A stretch of 63,867 nt of DNA, filler included, from Chiloscyllium plagiosum (lineage: Eukaryota): NCBI RefSeq assembly GCF_004010195.1. It is 4 parts of 2 records of this genome, joined end to end, with 100 filler letters (N's around TTAATTAATTAA, not from the genome) between each part and the next. Parts side by side here need not be neighbours in the genome. Positions count along the whole stretch, not along the records: positions 60,919 to 63,867 come from NC_057716.1; 3 more parts are not named here. One strand, written 5' to 3'. A program made the position numbers and the translations under genes. Positions 63,074 through 63,867 of the stretch are shown in pieces. Position 1 is the first letter of the stretch. Each line of letters opens with the position of its first letter. The notes under the pieces are model-generated. The model made no database searches and was not told the origin of the DNA. It saw only the letters and a list, made by a program, of their open reading frames with translations.

Positions 63074-63867
63074 TAGCTCGGCCTCGTGTAGACAATACCT
63101 CTGTCACACTCAATGAAAATCATTCAATGATAAATTATTGTTAGATTCAGACGGATGAGTTGAAGACTCTGCTGACCCCATTCACAGTTACGAAGCTACA
63201 GAACAAATCCTCATTCAAAACGCTCCATCATCTGAACTCACACTCTGTTCTGTTCACCATACTTCCTGGTAATAATGGCTTATTTTGCTGGATGCTATCG
63301 AAATGTCTATATCTCAGCATTCTGAAACCTGTGAACACCCTGCCATGACATTGTTTATCAATCTCGCCCTCTTTGTCTAAACCAAAAAAACACCTTCATT
63401 TACAGTCATGCATGGAGACAGACCCTTCAGCCAAAACTGGTCCATACCAACCAAAATATCTGTCCAAATTAACCCCAATTCCCCGCACATGGCACATATC
63501 CTTCTCTGCCTATCCAATTAATATATTGTTTGAACAAAGCGCAACGAGGTTTTGTGACATTAAGAAAGGCCTCAGGAAAGATCTCGCTGAATCTATCATT
63601 CATCTCACCCTGGCAATCAGATTACACAGAAACAATTTGACTGGAGGTTATAAACAAGAAGTACAAGCAAACACTGGTGGAGATGTGTATGGAAGTCAAT
63701 ACTGCAGGGAAAAATGTATACGTTCTAAACAGGAAATTAGATATACAAGCGTTTGCAGGCAAAACCCAATGGGTCTGGTACCATTTGAAGGAAGAAAGTC
63801 GGAAGTTTGGCCCTCGAGTAGCACAGCAGGTCAGGGCGCATCCAAGGAGCAGGAAAGTCTATGTTTC

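Overview
Vertebrate genomic DNA. The repeat complement (CR1/HER1-type LINEs, HE1/V-SINEs, Deu-type SINEs, Penelope elements) suggests a shark; this is an inference. The window is mostly introns of a minus-strand dynein-heavy-chain-domain gene, most similar to DNHD1. Eleven GT-AG coding exons form two phase-compatible blocks: 38302->30642 (N-terminal tail region) and 23943->1412 (post-AAA4, stalk/MTBD, start of AAA5). The middle of the gene is missing across an artificial scaffold join. The introns are packed with nested CR1 fragments, tRNA-derived SINEs, Rex1- and L1-like pieces, Gypsy remnants, a solo LTR and minisatellites. Two things stand out. (1) An intronless MYL12-type myosin regulatory light chain pseudogene has its poly(A) site fused directly to a CR1 3' tail, suggesting a CR1 template-switch retrocopy, and it sits inside a Gypsy remnant. 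(2) Short Penelope-derived insertions carry minimal hammerhead-ribozyme cores, often as inverted pairs, with 10-15 bp target-site duplications. No database searches were run; family names come from motif recognition.
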